From: Tubulanus polymorphus
Lineage: Eukaryota > Animalia > Nemertea
Length of the DNA: 64,000 bases
Direction: 5' to 3'
NCBI RefSeq assembly: GCF_964204645.1
Contig: NC_134025.1
Location: 15,971,101 to 16,035,100 of the forward strand
Positions 12,961-25,823 of the stretch are shown here, one piece after another. The translations under genes and the position numbers were made by a program. Below the pieces are notes generated by a model. It did no database searches and was not told the origin of the DNA. It saw only the letters and a list, made by a program, of their open reading frames with translations. How positions within the stretch are numbered: position 1 is the stretch's first letter; the number at the start of each line of letters is the position of its first letter.

Positions 12961-13765
12961 TGTAGCTGCAAAAAAAACCTATTATGAATAACTGAAATAT
13001 AGCAAAATTTTGAAAGGAATGCAATTTATAATTCAAATAGGATAAATAGGCTTAATATGGATGAGCTATTCACAAGGTCACAAGGCCGATATCTGTATTG
13101 AAACATTTTCAATTTTATGTGTTTAAAAAACCAGATCCTCTGAAAATGGCCCATAACTTCAGTTGCAGTAAATATAGGCTATGAAGCCAAATTCTATTAA
13201 GATTGTAGTGGGGGTGTTTTGAAGTGATCACAAAAGAAAATTTAATTGATGCATGATGTCATGTTTCTACTTGCACAAATCTGACCACAAATATTGACCA
13301 ATACAGTAGGATACATAATTGATAAGTTCATAACGCAAAATGAGCCATGAATTAATCAGGCCTGTGTCCTGTTCACTCTACTTTCAATCACTTAATTGTG
13401 GTCAGCTTTGTGCAAGTAGAAATTTTATAGTGTTCAGTCCCACTCTGTTTCTCCCTACATATTTGTCACACACCAATCATTTTCTGTGGGGAGCTATACC
13501 CAACACCTCCTCTGCAATCTCATGAAAAATTAGGTTTCTACACCGACTTCAATCGGATTGATGGAACATGTTCTCCAGTTATATGAAAGACTCTGTGTAT
13601 AAAATCTTACCTATGTTAAAATCAATTTCATACTTACATCATCTAGCCTGTCCTACTTTTTAAGTCAAGACTTTTCCTTTAATTTCATTACAGCAATAGA
13701 GATTTCCAGTTTTCTTCAATCTGATGACTCTAAGCAACAAGCCACTACTATCAAAACAACTATTT

Positions 13766-14378
13766 AACCAATTAGAATTCTTCTATATATCATGAATTTT
13801 GAGATAATGTTACTTGAAAATCCATTGATATCCATAATACGAGATACCCATATGATACAAATTATGCGGTTGTCATGGTTACTGACACAACAATCACCGA
13901 AATGTCACAATAAACCTCGAAGACCCGACCCCTGCTTCATTGCAGACATGAATCGTTCAAAGTATCAGCACATAGAAAGTGACAAGATTGATTCATTCAT
14001 TGACTTCTTTGAGATTTAAGTGGAATATAGCTCCACTACCCCAGTTTCTTGTATAGGGACCGACAAAATAAAAAAATAAATGTTACCAAATGAAGCCCAT
14101 ACACGAAAACCTAAAATTAGTGTAATAGCGGGCTACTTAGGACCTTGGTTTAGGAGCTACATACTTTTTAAAGGATTTCTATCTATGAAATCAAATTAGG
14201 TGTTGGTTGCCTTGATATCCGTTTCCATGGAAATTGCACCAGTTCCCATGGAAACGGATATCGATTCCCCGAAGCCTAGATGCAAAGCTTTCGAATGATA
14301 CCAAATTTGTCCATATGGTATCTCTGTTGAACGGAACTTAATTTCTAGAGTACTTTTTTGTACTTTGGTGCCCGTCTA
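13766..14378. repeat. Right TIR of Academ element
   Basis: Reverse complement of 7473-8076, differing mainly in a short segment ~17-40 nt from the terminus. Confidence 0.95.
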
Positions 14379-16889
14379 TATCACTAAGTCGCTGTTTACA
14401 ATCGGTTGGTTACAGTCACATCTACTGCCAGTGTGCACTATCAAAATGCTAGCACGCTAGCACATCAGATGTTTTACAACAGTCACTTTTCAGCAGTAGA
14501 CTCTTTCAAACAGCTACTATGGAAAACCAACTGAATTGAAAGGTAGACTATTTCGGCGACATTTATTTGTTATTTGTGATTACATCCAGCAGTCAAATGA
14601 TTTCATTTCAATCGTTGTCTCAACTTACAATCATCACGATTTTTTGTATATTTTTCTGTCATATCTGAAACTCGGGTCCCCAGGGCGAATCACTAAAATC
14701 ATTATCGCCGTAAGACTACATCGAAGTACCGATGACGTAAGCCGAAAGCCGTTACCGCTCTCCGCAAAATACATTCGTTACCGTAATCCAAATGAATTTT
14801 TATAGAATATATGTAATGAAATTTATCAATGAATCGGTCAAATGAAACATTTTCTTTAGAATATGTAAAATGTGCATTGATTCAGCGTAAATTCAAATCA
14901 GCGAAATAATCAACGATTCAGTGATTCAGCGAAGTTCGGAACACCCCCAAAACAATGCACATCTGACTCCAATTCTATATAAATTGTCATCCGATTCTAG
15001 AAACGTTTTCGTATCAATCATGGCAATTGCGCAATATAAGTATAAGGCACGCACTTAAACTTCTTTTAAACCCTTAATTTGGAATGTGTACATTCCTAAC
15101 TGTTCGTCATTCCTCAATGATAGGAGACGTTTGACTGAAACACTTTTGGATTCCTCGTTAGTCAAAACTACAAATCAACCGACTGATATCGGACCAGCAA
15201 TAACTTCAAAAACTTGATCAAGTTTATTGACTGATCTTAATCTTGGATTAGTGACTACTGCAAATATAATGCAGTAAACCGACCGAGGTTACAATATTGT
15301 AGCCTCGGTCAGTGTATGCAGGTAAATCCGCGCAAGTCCTCAACGAGTATGAATAACGAATAGAATCAATTGAATAGAATGGAATTAAATGATGGAGCTC
15401 ATTCACATAACGAATCGCAGAGTTGTACGGCCGTAACAGATAACACAATTATTGCATTGTCGGGATTCGAACATGATGTGGCATCACTGCGTCAATGTCA
15501 TTGAAGTGATTTAGGTAATGTTGACTTAATCTGCCAAACGGAAGTTATACAAATGGCGGCTTTTTGAATCGCAGATTGATGAAGCAGTTCGCTGGAAATG
15601 ACGGATCCGGACTGATGTAAGTCCGAATCCGTGATTTACGGATGGTTTGATGCACGAGATCTTTCGGTAATTTGTAGGCTTTTCGGGATGTACTTTTATC
15701 AATGGATGACAATTCTTCGTGACATTCTTGTTCGCTGTTTAGACCCGGTTATAACGCAGGATTTATTCATAATAAATTACTACACGCAAATTCGAAACGG
15801 ATATGCGAAAAGCTATATTCCTCTCATAATTGAAAATTACGTATATAAGCTGGTACTAGTCGAATCTGAAAGGAGTTACATTTAATGAAAAATGTGTGAC
15901 TGGAAAGTGTAAAATTTATTATGATAATAATCAACAGAATAACAAGAGGGTTTCCGTGAAAGCAGCACAAGCCCTTTAAATGTAATAATTATAATCAACA
16001 GAATTACAATAGGGTTTCTGCGAAAGCAGCAGAATCCCTTAATAAAGTGACCCGGCCGTTTAGAAGTAACAAGGTATCACCTTTGTCAAGCCTCATAGAT
16101 GTTTTGCTGAATTTAGGTCAATAATGGTATTTTCCGGATGGAATAAATTTTTGCGAAACATATACCGAACTATGAATTTTAATCACTTCGTCATCAGAAT
16201 GTTTCACAGAAATCTCTTCTTACCGTTTCCTCTTTGATTGGTAAAGTTTTAAATGGCAATTATCACACATCGAAAGTGCATGGCAAAAAAGACGAGTTTT
16301 ACAGTTTCTTCTTGGGAACAAGTTATTTCTGAACAGGTCTCCAGAGCCATTATAAAGACTTCTATGAAATACAATGAAGTCAAATATTAGATTGCCAATG
16401 TCCTTTGATCATCAATATCATGAATGAAACAGCAATGATTTCTTGAGTCACCTTCAAATACTATAAGAATTTGGTACAAAATGGGAATACCAGGAATGTG
16501 CATGCAACTTTCAAATGGTAGTTTTCGAATTTTATGAAAGTCTATATCCAGACAAAAGAAAGCCAACCCGACTAAACCAAAGTGTATATACAGGGATTAA
16601 AGATTGATGGTGATCTAGGCTAGACAAAAAAATACCATTGTTTCTCATCAGCCCTTTTCAGAAAAGTGACTAGGGCAGCATGTTTTTATTTTTACCTCCC
16701 TTTAAAAAAGATAGAAATAAAAAGCCATATTCAAAATTCCAACAAGGCAATTTGATACAACGCATCTACGTCCCCCCGCTGAAGAAACTGATCTTTAATA
16801 TCGAAAAATGATGAGTGTATCCAAGGATAAACATACTATGAAATATCAATGTCCTGCAATCAATAGTTATTTAAGAATTGAGTATACAG

Positions 16890-17160
16890 GGTTTTAGGCA
16901 ACCTGGACCTCTGACCCTAGAACTCCAAAATCACTAAGGCACATCCTCTCTCCAGGGGTAATCATACTAAGAAAAAGCATTGTCCTGTTATCAACATTTC
17001 TTCTTGAACCGTGTTTACAAAATTTCACACGAATGACCTGCAGTGACCGTGACCTTTGATCCTCTGAACCCAAAATCAATAGGCACATCCTCTCCCTAGG
17101 GGTAATCATACTACGTAATATCAGTCCTGCGATCAACGGTTCTTCTAGAACATAAAACTG
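16890..17160. repeat. Non-autonomous element fragment with ~145-bp internal duplication
   Basis: Two copies of CTCTGA.CC.A..AGGCACATCCTCTC..GGGGTAATCATACTA (16909-16968 and 17062-17113); TGACCTTTGA motifs. Confidence 0.5.
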
Positions 17161-18097
17161 ATGAGAAACAAGCTTTCTTGTGTAGCCTTGAAATGAATTA
17201 GAAAAATTGCTTAAAAGTAAATACCTCATCCTGATTCATGACTGTTATTTTTCCAAGAATATCTTTTCTCCATGGACCACTCTTCTATAACAAGAATGAA
17301 ACAAGAATCGAAATTGTTAATATTATGATTGGCTCATCCCAATCATATTCTGAACTCAAACTCTCTTAAAAATTGGCTTATCCCGATCACATTTCGAAAA
17401 ATCGCCACACGTATCCTTTTATTGGCAAAACAAATAATTTTCACTTATGAGAATAAATGTAGTAAGACATTGGATAAAAACAACCAATCTGATCCTTTGG
17501 AATGCGGAGTATAAAAAATTCATTGTTTTGCACTCGTCGGATCTAATGGCCGCACCATATTTAGGTTTCCGTACGCGGCACGTACGTTATATCTAGACAT
17601 GTTTATTTACATAACGTGTATTTAATGTTTATGTATGACGCACGTATCTACGCAGGTTGTCTGATAAAAGCAACACTGGCCATGAACACTAGCTTCTGTA
17701 CATTATCATTTTCCTAGTATCCCCCTGGACCTGATGCTTTCACCCCGAAAATCTAGATGAGACGAACAGAACTCAAAGGACAACTCACGACCATTGTTCA
17801 TTGTAATACGAATATAATGAATAGAAAATATTACAGCAAATAATACATTAAAAATATCGGAAATTCTAAAGTTTATATAACTTTCTTCAATTCCGAAAAT
17901 TGAAAGTCAAATCATAAATGCGCAGCGACACCAACTCATCACGGAACAGCAACACCAAGTAACACAGTCAGATACTGGAGAAACCGACCTTTCTTCCTAA
18001 GATCATCACTAAATAGGGAATCTGACGTAACTCAGACTGAAAGCTGAGGAACTGAAGAAATATGTCCGGCGTTATTTCATAACTGAACAGCGTTATT

Positions 18098-18247
18098 AGT
18101 AATTGTATATATAGGGGTTCAGACCAAAGGTCGAGAGGTCGAGCTCATAAAAAAATGAAAAATAAATTCTCGCACTCTCGAATTTATTTTTCATTTTTCA
18201 CTCACTCGCCCCTCAACCTCTGATCTGAACCTATATTTACAATTACT
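18098..18247. repeat. 150-bp imperfect fold-back (hairpin) at left edge of the Polinton-like region
   Basis: AGTAATTGTA..GTTCAGA..AAAAATGAAAAATAAATTC-10 nt loop-GAATTTATTTTTCATTTTT..TCTGAAC..TACAATTACT. Confidence 0.85.
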
Positions 18248-19207
18248 CTAATGATTCCATATATATATGAATATCATATAAATGAATAACATATATAAAT
18301 GAATATTTTATATATGAATAACTTCTAAAATCAATTTTAATAAAAAATTTGTTATTAAAATGGAGAGTAAACAAGTACACAGTGAGAACAACAAATCATT
18401 CTTAAAAAGAATTCAAGATACTACAAATGTCAAATCCGTAGATAATAAATTTAAAAAGTTAAATGAATTAACATTACATAAGAAATAATATAATATGGTA
18501 ATAAATTAGTTATTCACTAAGAATATGAAGGATTAAAAGGAAATAAATATAAATTCAGAAAATATTTACCAGATAGATTATCAAGTGAAGATATTGAAGA
18601 ATTATATTCAGGTGATCTCTATTTCATATATAAAGTTAAGAATGAAAAAGTACACCATGATATAGATTTCCAATAATATAAAATCAACTTTAATAAAAAA
18701 TTTGATATTAAAATGGAAGCAAATAAGAAGTAGTACTGCCCAATATGTAAAATCAATATAGATAAATCTCAAAAAGCAAGACGTAATAAAACTAAATCTC
18801 ACTTAGAGAATGAATTGAAATTAGAATATGATAATGTTATTTTAGAAACTAAATTAGATGAATTAATGAATGAAAAAGAAATATATAAATGTGATACTTG
18901 TAATCAATCATTCAGTAACAAAAGATATTATGAACATTTAAAATCTAAAAATCTTATTTGAAATATTAATAATGATATTTTAGGTGAAGATTATTTTGAT
19001 AAAGATAATGATAAGAAACAGAAGACAATTAAATGAATAAAAAATAAATTAGATAATAAAAGACCATACATGGAAGATGTTAGAAATTATAATGATTCAT
19101 TAGATGATAAAAGAGATATTGAAATTACTGAAGCATTTAAAAGTGATATTGGTCCAGCTGCCATCGAGTTTAAATTTCATAAAGGTAAAACGTTAGAAGA
19201 AAATAAA

Positions 19208-20456
19208 CTCGGGGTCCAGCGACACCATGTTAACTTGGGAAGTGGTTTCAAATGCTCAACAATCTAACAATTTCAATACATAACGCCCCCTAGTTACAAT
19301 ATACAAAAACCAATGACCTTGAAACCCACCACAATCATGGCACATGTCAGCAGCTATGATCTTGTGATTGATTGTGATAACAAAATATGCCTCGTTACCA
19401 ATTTAATATGGAAATACAAAGTTTTTCTACTATTCAACACCCCCTGGTGACCATGCAAAGCCCAATGACCTTAAAACTCACCACAATCGTAGAACATGTC
19501 ATGAAATACAACTTTGAAATCGATCATGGTAACAAAATATGCCTAGATACCAATCTAATAAGGAAATACTAATCTATTCTACTATTAAATGCCCCCGGTG
19601 ACCATAGAGAATAACTAATGTCCTTAAAACTCACCAAAATCATGGAAGATGTCATGAGCTACAAATTTTGCAATTGATTGTGGTAACAAAATATGCATAG
19701 GTACACATATAAAATAGAAATACTAAGTTATTGCATTATTCAACGCCCCCTGGTGGCCACATTAAAAAACCAATGACCTTGAAACTCACTAAAATCATAG
19801 AACACGTTATGGGCTACAACTTTCCAATTGAATATAGTAATACAATATGCTTAGGTATGAATATAATGTGGAAAAACCTTTTCCCACCTGCGAATGAGTA
19901 CTGATGACACAAAGATGGCCGCCAATTGTGTCATAATTGGCTGATCAAAAATACCTGTCTCAGGTATAAAACAGCTCTTTCCAAAGAATACCAATCACAA
20001 ATTGCAAACCAAATGGCAAACCAGTAGGAATTAGGACAGTAGGAAGCTATAGGACCTAGAATTCTGGCCCTAAAAAGGTCATAGGACGGCCAACTTGAGT
20101 CAGGTCGACCCAATTTTTCTTTTGATGATGGGCCCTTGGTAGATATAAATATAAACCAAAGATCAAGGTAATTGATCAAAGCGTCTTCAAAATTTCCCTC
20201 GAAAACTTTGAAAATGTGTAAAAAGTGCTGATTTCGGCGAACAACAATGGCTGCCAGTCGGCCATCTTGAATCTGACAGGGCCAGTTTTTGGGCTAAAGA
20301 TGTATCTAGGGTAGATACATGTATAAACCAAATATCAAGACATAAGCTTGAAGCGTCTTCAAAACTTCCCACTGGATTCCATCGACAGACGGATGGACCG
20401 ACGATGGACGAAAAGTGAACGCAATAGCATGCTGGGACTAAAGTCCCAAGTGGGCT
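19208..20456 (+). mobile_element. Helentron-associated non-autonomous element (HINE/DINE-1/pearl-like), copy 1
   Basis: Same ends as the other copies, ~154-bp internal tandem repeats, (GGAC)-like microsatellite, 3' hairpin GGGACTAAAGTCCC, inserted in an A-run without TSD. Confidence 0.75.
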
Positions 20457-21118
20457 AAAAACATTAAGAAAATATGAAAGATATTATAAAAATAATTACA
20501 GACATAGAATATCCTAAAATAAGTATATCAGTTAAAGTTAAATTTATAAAATCTGAAGATAAACCAATATATAATATAAATTCTTATTCACAACATATTA
20601 TTTCAAAAGAACATATAGATGATAAATTAAATAAATGTTATAATGAAGTAAAAAATAAAATAGAAGAGAAATATTTTAAAGGATCTGGATTAATATTTGA
20701 TGATATAATATTTATGATGTTACACGTGTACAATACAAAATATAATAAATTAACTAAATCAAAACCAATTGATGAAAATAATTTATCATATTATAAAGAT
20801 GATAATACAAATGGATCAAGTTATATTAAAATATCATTTAAAACTAATGCCATTATAAATGTACAAAATTTTGATGATGTTTTTTTATGGTCAATAATTA
20901 GTTGCTTACATCCTGCAACTGATCATATTTGCAAAGTATCATATTATAAACAATTTGAAAATAATTATAAGATGTTATCCTGTTAAAATTAAACAAATAC
21001 CAAAAATAGAAAGAGATAATAATGTTAAGATAAATGTATTTGATTTAATCAGATTACCAAAAACAAAAGGACATAAAATTGAACATTATACATTAGAACC
21101 TTTGTATTTATCAAATGA

Positions 21119-22339
21119 CTAGCTAAATACCCGTCCAATGGATGGCTTTGTCGTTGAGCGCATGGGTGTATTGGTCGTGAGCACACCACCTCTTCGCATG
21201 AATCCTGCATCCTGCATTTTGCTTATGAAATAAATTCATTTTAATCGGCCGGGAAATGAATCTAAATGCTTCAAATGTTCAGAGTTCTTGGAACCAACCC
21301 CACACCTGCTCCCCTACCCCGTCTGACCTGTCTGTGGAACAAAACCATTTGTTCAAATAACTAACCGTAAATTGTCGGCCCCAGCGGTTTTTAGGCCCCC
21401 TCTTTCTTGTTCGAGCACTTACTATATTGACCATACCACCCGTATGTTCATTTAAGAAGTCCCTCCATTCAACCAACTAATTGCATTATATCATCCTTAA
21501 CTTTGATCGTGGGACTGCAATTCATTGAAAAATGAAAATCGCTCGACGATGATATTAGGATTCTGTATTTTGTATCACTGTTTGACATTATTTTTTTATA
21601 TCTCTCTTGTATATACATACATTTTGCAAGAGAGCGTTAGAAAAGTACGTACATTTTTCATTGACCCCCCTCCCTGTACAAAGTTACTACCGGTACATTA
21701 TTTGTTACCCCTCCCCAAAAACCTGTACTATTTGACATTCTTTTATAAATCTAACACCATCGCACGCATCGGCAGCCCCCGGAGCCATTGTGAGAGGCAG
21801 CGTTTGGGCCTCCCTACTGCCAGTAACCTATCTGTGGTATGGAACCATTCTGAAAAACTACGCAATGGGCCTGTCCCCTTCTAAGAACCATTCTGAGACG
21901 CTGCGTATGGGCCGGCAACACAGTCAGAACATATCGCTAAGTCCAATCATATCAATTTTGATCCAAAGATTACGTGTGATGAATGTCTTAACCAATGGTT
22001 TAAACAACTGAGGCACAAATCGGTGTTGAGAGAACTGTGTCATGTACTGTTCTGATGCTGCGTTAGGGTCGGTTAGGTCAGTAAATTACTATAGTACTAT
22101 TACAGAGGCATAGTATGGTACTTTACTGTTAGATGGCGAACACATCTTTTTAACCGAATTTTAGCCCGGGCTTGGAATGAATATTGTCACTCCCTCGGAC
22201 CACCAATCTGTTTGAAACATGTAACTTGATGAGCGGAAAAACTGGTATTAAGCATCAGTAAAAGGACGTTTCAATACATGCATTAATTTCCCAACAATGC
22301 GTCGCGGTAAATACCGTCTGTTCTGCTTTATAGTATAGA
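21119..22339 (-). mobile_element. Non-autonomous Helitron
   Basis: Minus strand starts TCTATACTATAAA and ends with an imperfect hairpin (CCATCC-ATT-GGACGG) then CTAG. Inserted between A and T with no TSD; removal restores the polB frame (YLSND-YDLNGVIDIL). Confidence 0.88.
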
Positions 22340-23743
22340 TTATGATTTAAATGGTGTTATAGATATATTACATTAGGAAAATCATTATATGTGGATTAAA
22401 CGAATTGATTTATTTTTTAGAACAGAAAATAATCACAATAAAATATATCTATGTAGAAAATGTATAACTAAATTCAGTAATGAAAGTGCATTATCAAATC
22501 ATAAACAATTATGTGATAATTATTGTAAAATAGTTTTACCAAATGAAAAGGATAAAATATTAGAATTTAAAAAATATGATTACAAGAATGAAGTACCATT
22601 TGTAATATATGGAGATTTTGAATCATTAAATAAAGAATTAACTGATCAAGTTAGAAAAGAAATATATTATAAAAGAAAGAAATTGAATTCTAATAAAAAT
22701 GATTTTTCAGAAGAACCACCAATAACAAATACTATTAAAAAAATTCATCAATCAGCTGCAGCTTTCGGGTTATATATAAAATCAGATTATCCAGAACTAA
22801 TCAAAAGTGAATATTATAATTATAGAAATGAAAATGTTATCAATCATTTTTGTGACTTATTAATTGAATATGAAATAAGATATAATGAATTGTTAAATGA
22901 AAATAAAAACATTATAATGACAGAACAAGATAAAGAAGAATTTGAGTTTTCAGATGAATGTTTTTATTGTGAAAAACTATTTAATTTTAAAGATAAAAAA
23001 GTTAGAGATCATGATCATTCGAATGGTAAATTTAGAGGTACAGCATATGAGAATTGTAACTTCCAAGCTAAGAAAATCAATTTTGTTCCAGTTATATTTC
23101 GTAATTTATCAGGATATGATGCTCATTTATTTATTAAACAGCTATGTCATAAAATAGAAGAAATCAATAATGAAATAGAATGATTAAATTCAAATAGATC
23201 AAAAAATGTTGCTAAAATACCAACTTATAAATTCAAAATGTTAGCTAAAACATCTGAGAATTATATATCTTTCCAATTTGGGTGTCTAAGATTTATAGAT
23301 TCATATAGATTTTTAAGAAGTTCATTAGATAATTTATCAAAATGATTAGTTGATGATGAATTAAAAATATTAAAGCAACACTATCCAAATAATGTTGATT
23401 TTCAATTAATGAGATATAAAGGAGCAATTCCATATTCATTTTATAAATCGCATAATGATTTTAACCTAACTGAAATATTAAAAGAAAGATTTTATAATGA
23501 ATTAAGATCCGAATATGTTAAAGATGGAGTTTATAATAGAACATTGAATATTAGGAATCATTTCAAAATAAAAAATCATGGACAGATTAGTAGATTTATA
23601 CTTAGCATCAGATGTATTATTATAAACTGATATATTCGAAAGGTTTAGAGATGTAAATCTAAAATATTTTAATATTGATCCATGTCATTTTTATTCTAGC
23701 CCGGGTTTAACTTGGGATTGTGGTTTAAAATTTACAGATATAA

Positions 23744-25005
23744 CTAGGGGTCCAGAGACACCATGCCCACTTGGGAAGTGGTTCCAAATGCTCAACAATC
23801 TAACAATTTCAATATTCAACGCCCCCTGGTGACCATATACAGAATCCAATGACCTTGAAACTCACCACAATCATAGAACATGTCAGCAGCTACGATTTTG
23901 TAATTGATTGTGATAACAAAATATGCCTCGTTACCACTTTAATATGGAAATACTAAGTTATTCTACTATTCAACGCCCCCTGGTGACCATTTTCAAATCC
24001 CAATGACCTTGAAACTCACCACAATCATAGAACATGTCACGAACTATAACTTTGTAATTGATCATGGTAACAAAATATGCCTGGGTACCAATATAATAAG
24101 GAAATACTAAGTTATTCTACTATTCAACGCCCCCTGGCCACCATATAGAATAACTAATGGCCTTAAAACTTGCCACAATCATAGATGATGTCATGAGCTA
24201 CAACTTTGCAATTGATTGTGGTTACAAAATATGCATTGATACAAATATAATATAGAAATACTAAGATATTGCATTATTCAACGCCCCCTGGTGGCCATAT
24301 ACAAAAACCAATGACCTTGAAACTCACCACAATCATAGAACACGTTATGAGCTACAACTTTCTAAATGATTGTGGTAACAAAACGCTTAGGTATCAATAT
24401 AATGTGGAAAAACTTTTTCCCACTTACGAATGAGTACTGCTGACACCAAGATGGCCGCCAATTGCGTCATAATTGGCTGATGAAAAATATCTGTCTCAGG
24501 TATAAAACATCCCTTTCCAAAGAATACCCATCACAAATTGCAATGAGAAATGAAATACCAGTAGGAAGCTACAGGACTCGGAATTTGGGCCAAAATTAAC
24601 ATTTTTGGGCACTAAAAAGGTCATAGGACGGCCATCTTGAGTCCGATCGACCCAATTTTTGTTATGCTGATGGGCCCTGGGGGGGATTCACATACATCCA
24701 GAATATCAAGGTCATTGATCAAATCGTCTTCAAAATTTCCCTCAAAAAGTTCAAAAATGTGTAAAAAGTGCTGATTTTGGCGAACAACAATGGCTGCCAG
24801 TCGGCCATCTTGAATCTGACAGGGCCAGTTTTTGGGCTGAAGATGTGTCTAGAGTAGATACATGTGTAACCCAAATATCAAGACATTACCTTTAAGCGTC
24901 TTAAAAACTTCCCAAAATAACTTGATTCCGTCTACGTACGGACGGACGGACGGCGGACGAAAAGTGAACGCAATAGCCGGCTGGGACTAAAGTTCCAAGT
25001 GGGCT
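23744..25005 (+). mobile_element. HINE/pearl-like element, copy 2
   Basis: Subterminal inverted repeats GCCCACTTGG/CCAAGTGGGC; repeat motif at 23821, 23975, 24129 and 24283 (period 154); (GGAC)n; removal restores KFTDIKMDLLTN. Confidence 0.8.
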
Positions 25006-25407
25006 AAAATGGATTTGTTAACAAATATAGATCAATTATTATTATTTGAAAAATCTATAAGAGGAGGAGTTTCGGGTGTATTAGGCGATAGATATTTCAA
25101 TGTAAATGATAATCCTGGATATAAGTTATTATATATAGATGCAAATAATCTATATGGTTGGGCAATGATGGAACCTCAGCCTTATGGAGTATTTGAAATA
25201 ACAGAAGTTTTACAGTATGAAAATTATGATAAATTTGATTGGAAGAGAAGAATAAAAGATATATTCTGGATGACAGAATTCATACAGTCGCGTATGGTTG
25301 CAATTTAGATGAGTACTTAAAGTTAAAAAGAGAAGAAACAAATGAGAATGAGATTATGAAAAGGATTCTAATATGTTAATCAATTTTAATAAAAATATGT
25401 ATGATAA

Positions 25408-25823
25408 ATGGAAAGTAAACAGACACAAACTATAAATATTACGCATAAGAAATGTTCAAAATGTGAATTAAATAAGCCATTTACAGACTATTATAAACGT
25501 AAGATGGCAATGATGGTTTACAAGATATTTGTAAAAGTTGCAAAAACGTAATCAATAAACAATATTATATAAATAATACTGAAAAATGCAAAAATCATAA
25601 AAAACAATATCAAGCAAATAATCCAGAATATATGAGAGATTGGAAAAAGATAATCGTGAACATTATAATGATTATAATAAAAATTATCAAAATGAAAGGT
25701 ATAAAACAGATTTAAATTTTAAATTGAAACAATGTTTAAGTTCTAAATTAACACAATTATTCAGCAAAGATAATCACTCAGAAACACTATCTAATTTCTG
25801 GGTTGTTCAGATAAATTTCTAAA
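25408..25823 (+). pseudogene. Zn-ribbon/HNH-EndoVII-type endonuclease of the kind seen in large DNA viruses, frameshifted and truncated
   Basis: KKCSKC..K..F..YK.K...DGL..ICKSCK, followed by RYKTDLNFKLKQCL and LGCS motifs. The catalytic C-terminus is cut off by an insertion. Confidence 0.6.

Larger units (their letters stand above)
7473..14378 (-). mobile_element. Academ (AcademX-type) DNA transposon, full length, degenerate
   Basis: TAG...CTA termini, ~600-bp TIRs, 3-bp TSD TAT (7470-7472 and 14379-14381). Internal minus-strand ORF fragments with XPG/PIN-like and Cys-rich C-terminal motifs. Confidence 0.88.
18713..25262 (+). pseudogene. polB: Protein-primed family B DNA polymerase (pPolB), split into 18713-19207, 20457-21118, 22340-23743 and 25006-25262
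   Basis: C2H2-like CDTC..HLKS; GSSYIK..AIINVQN..FLWSII; Exo I VIYGDFES; EndoVII-like CFYC..VRDHDH.NGKFRG..CN; Exo II FRNLSGYDAHLF; RFIDSYRF; SIRGGVS; motif A LLYIDANNLYGWAM. C-terminal palm missing. Whether 18713-19207 belongs to the same ORF is less certain. Confidence 0.88.

Noticed and set aside
15050-16700. Protein-like stretches with stops
   Set aside because: No recognisable motif; cannot be assigned without a search.
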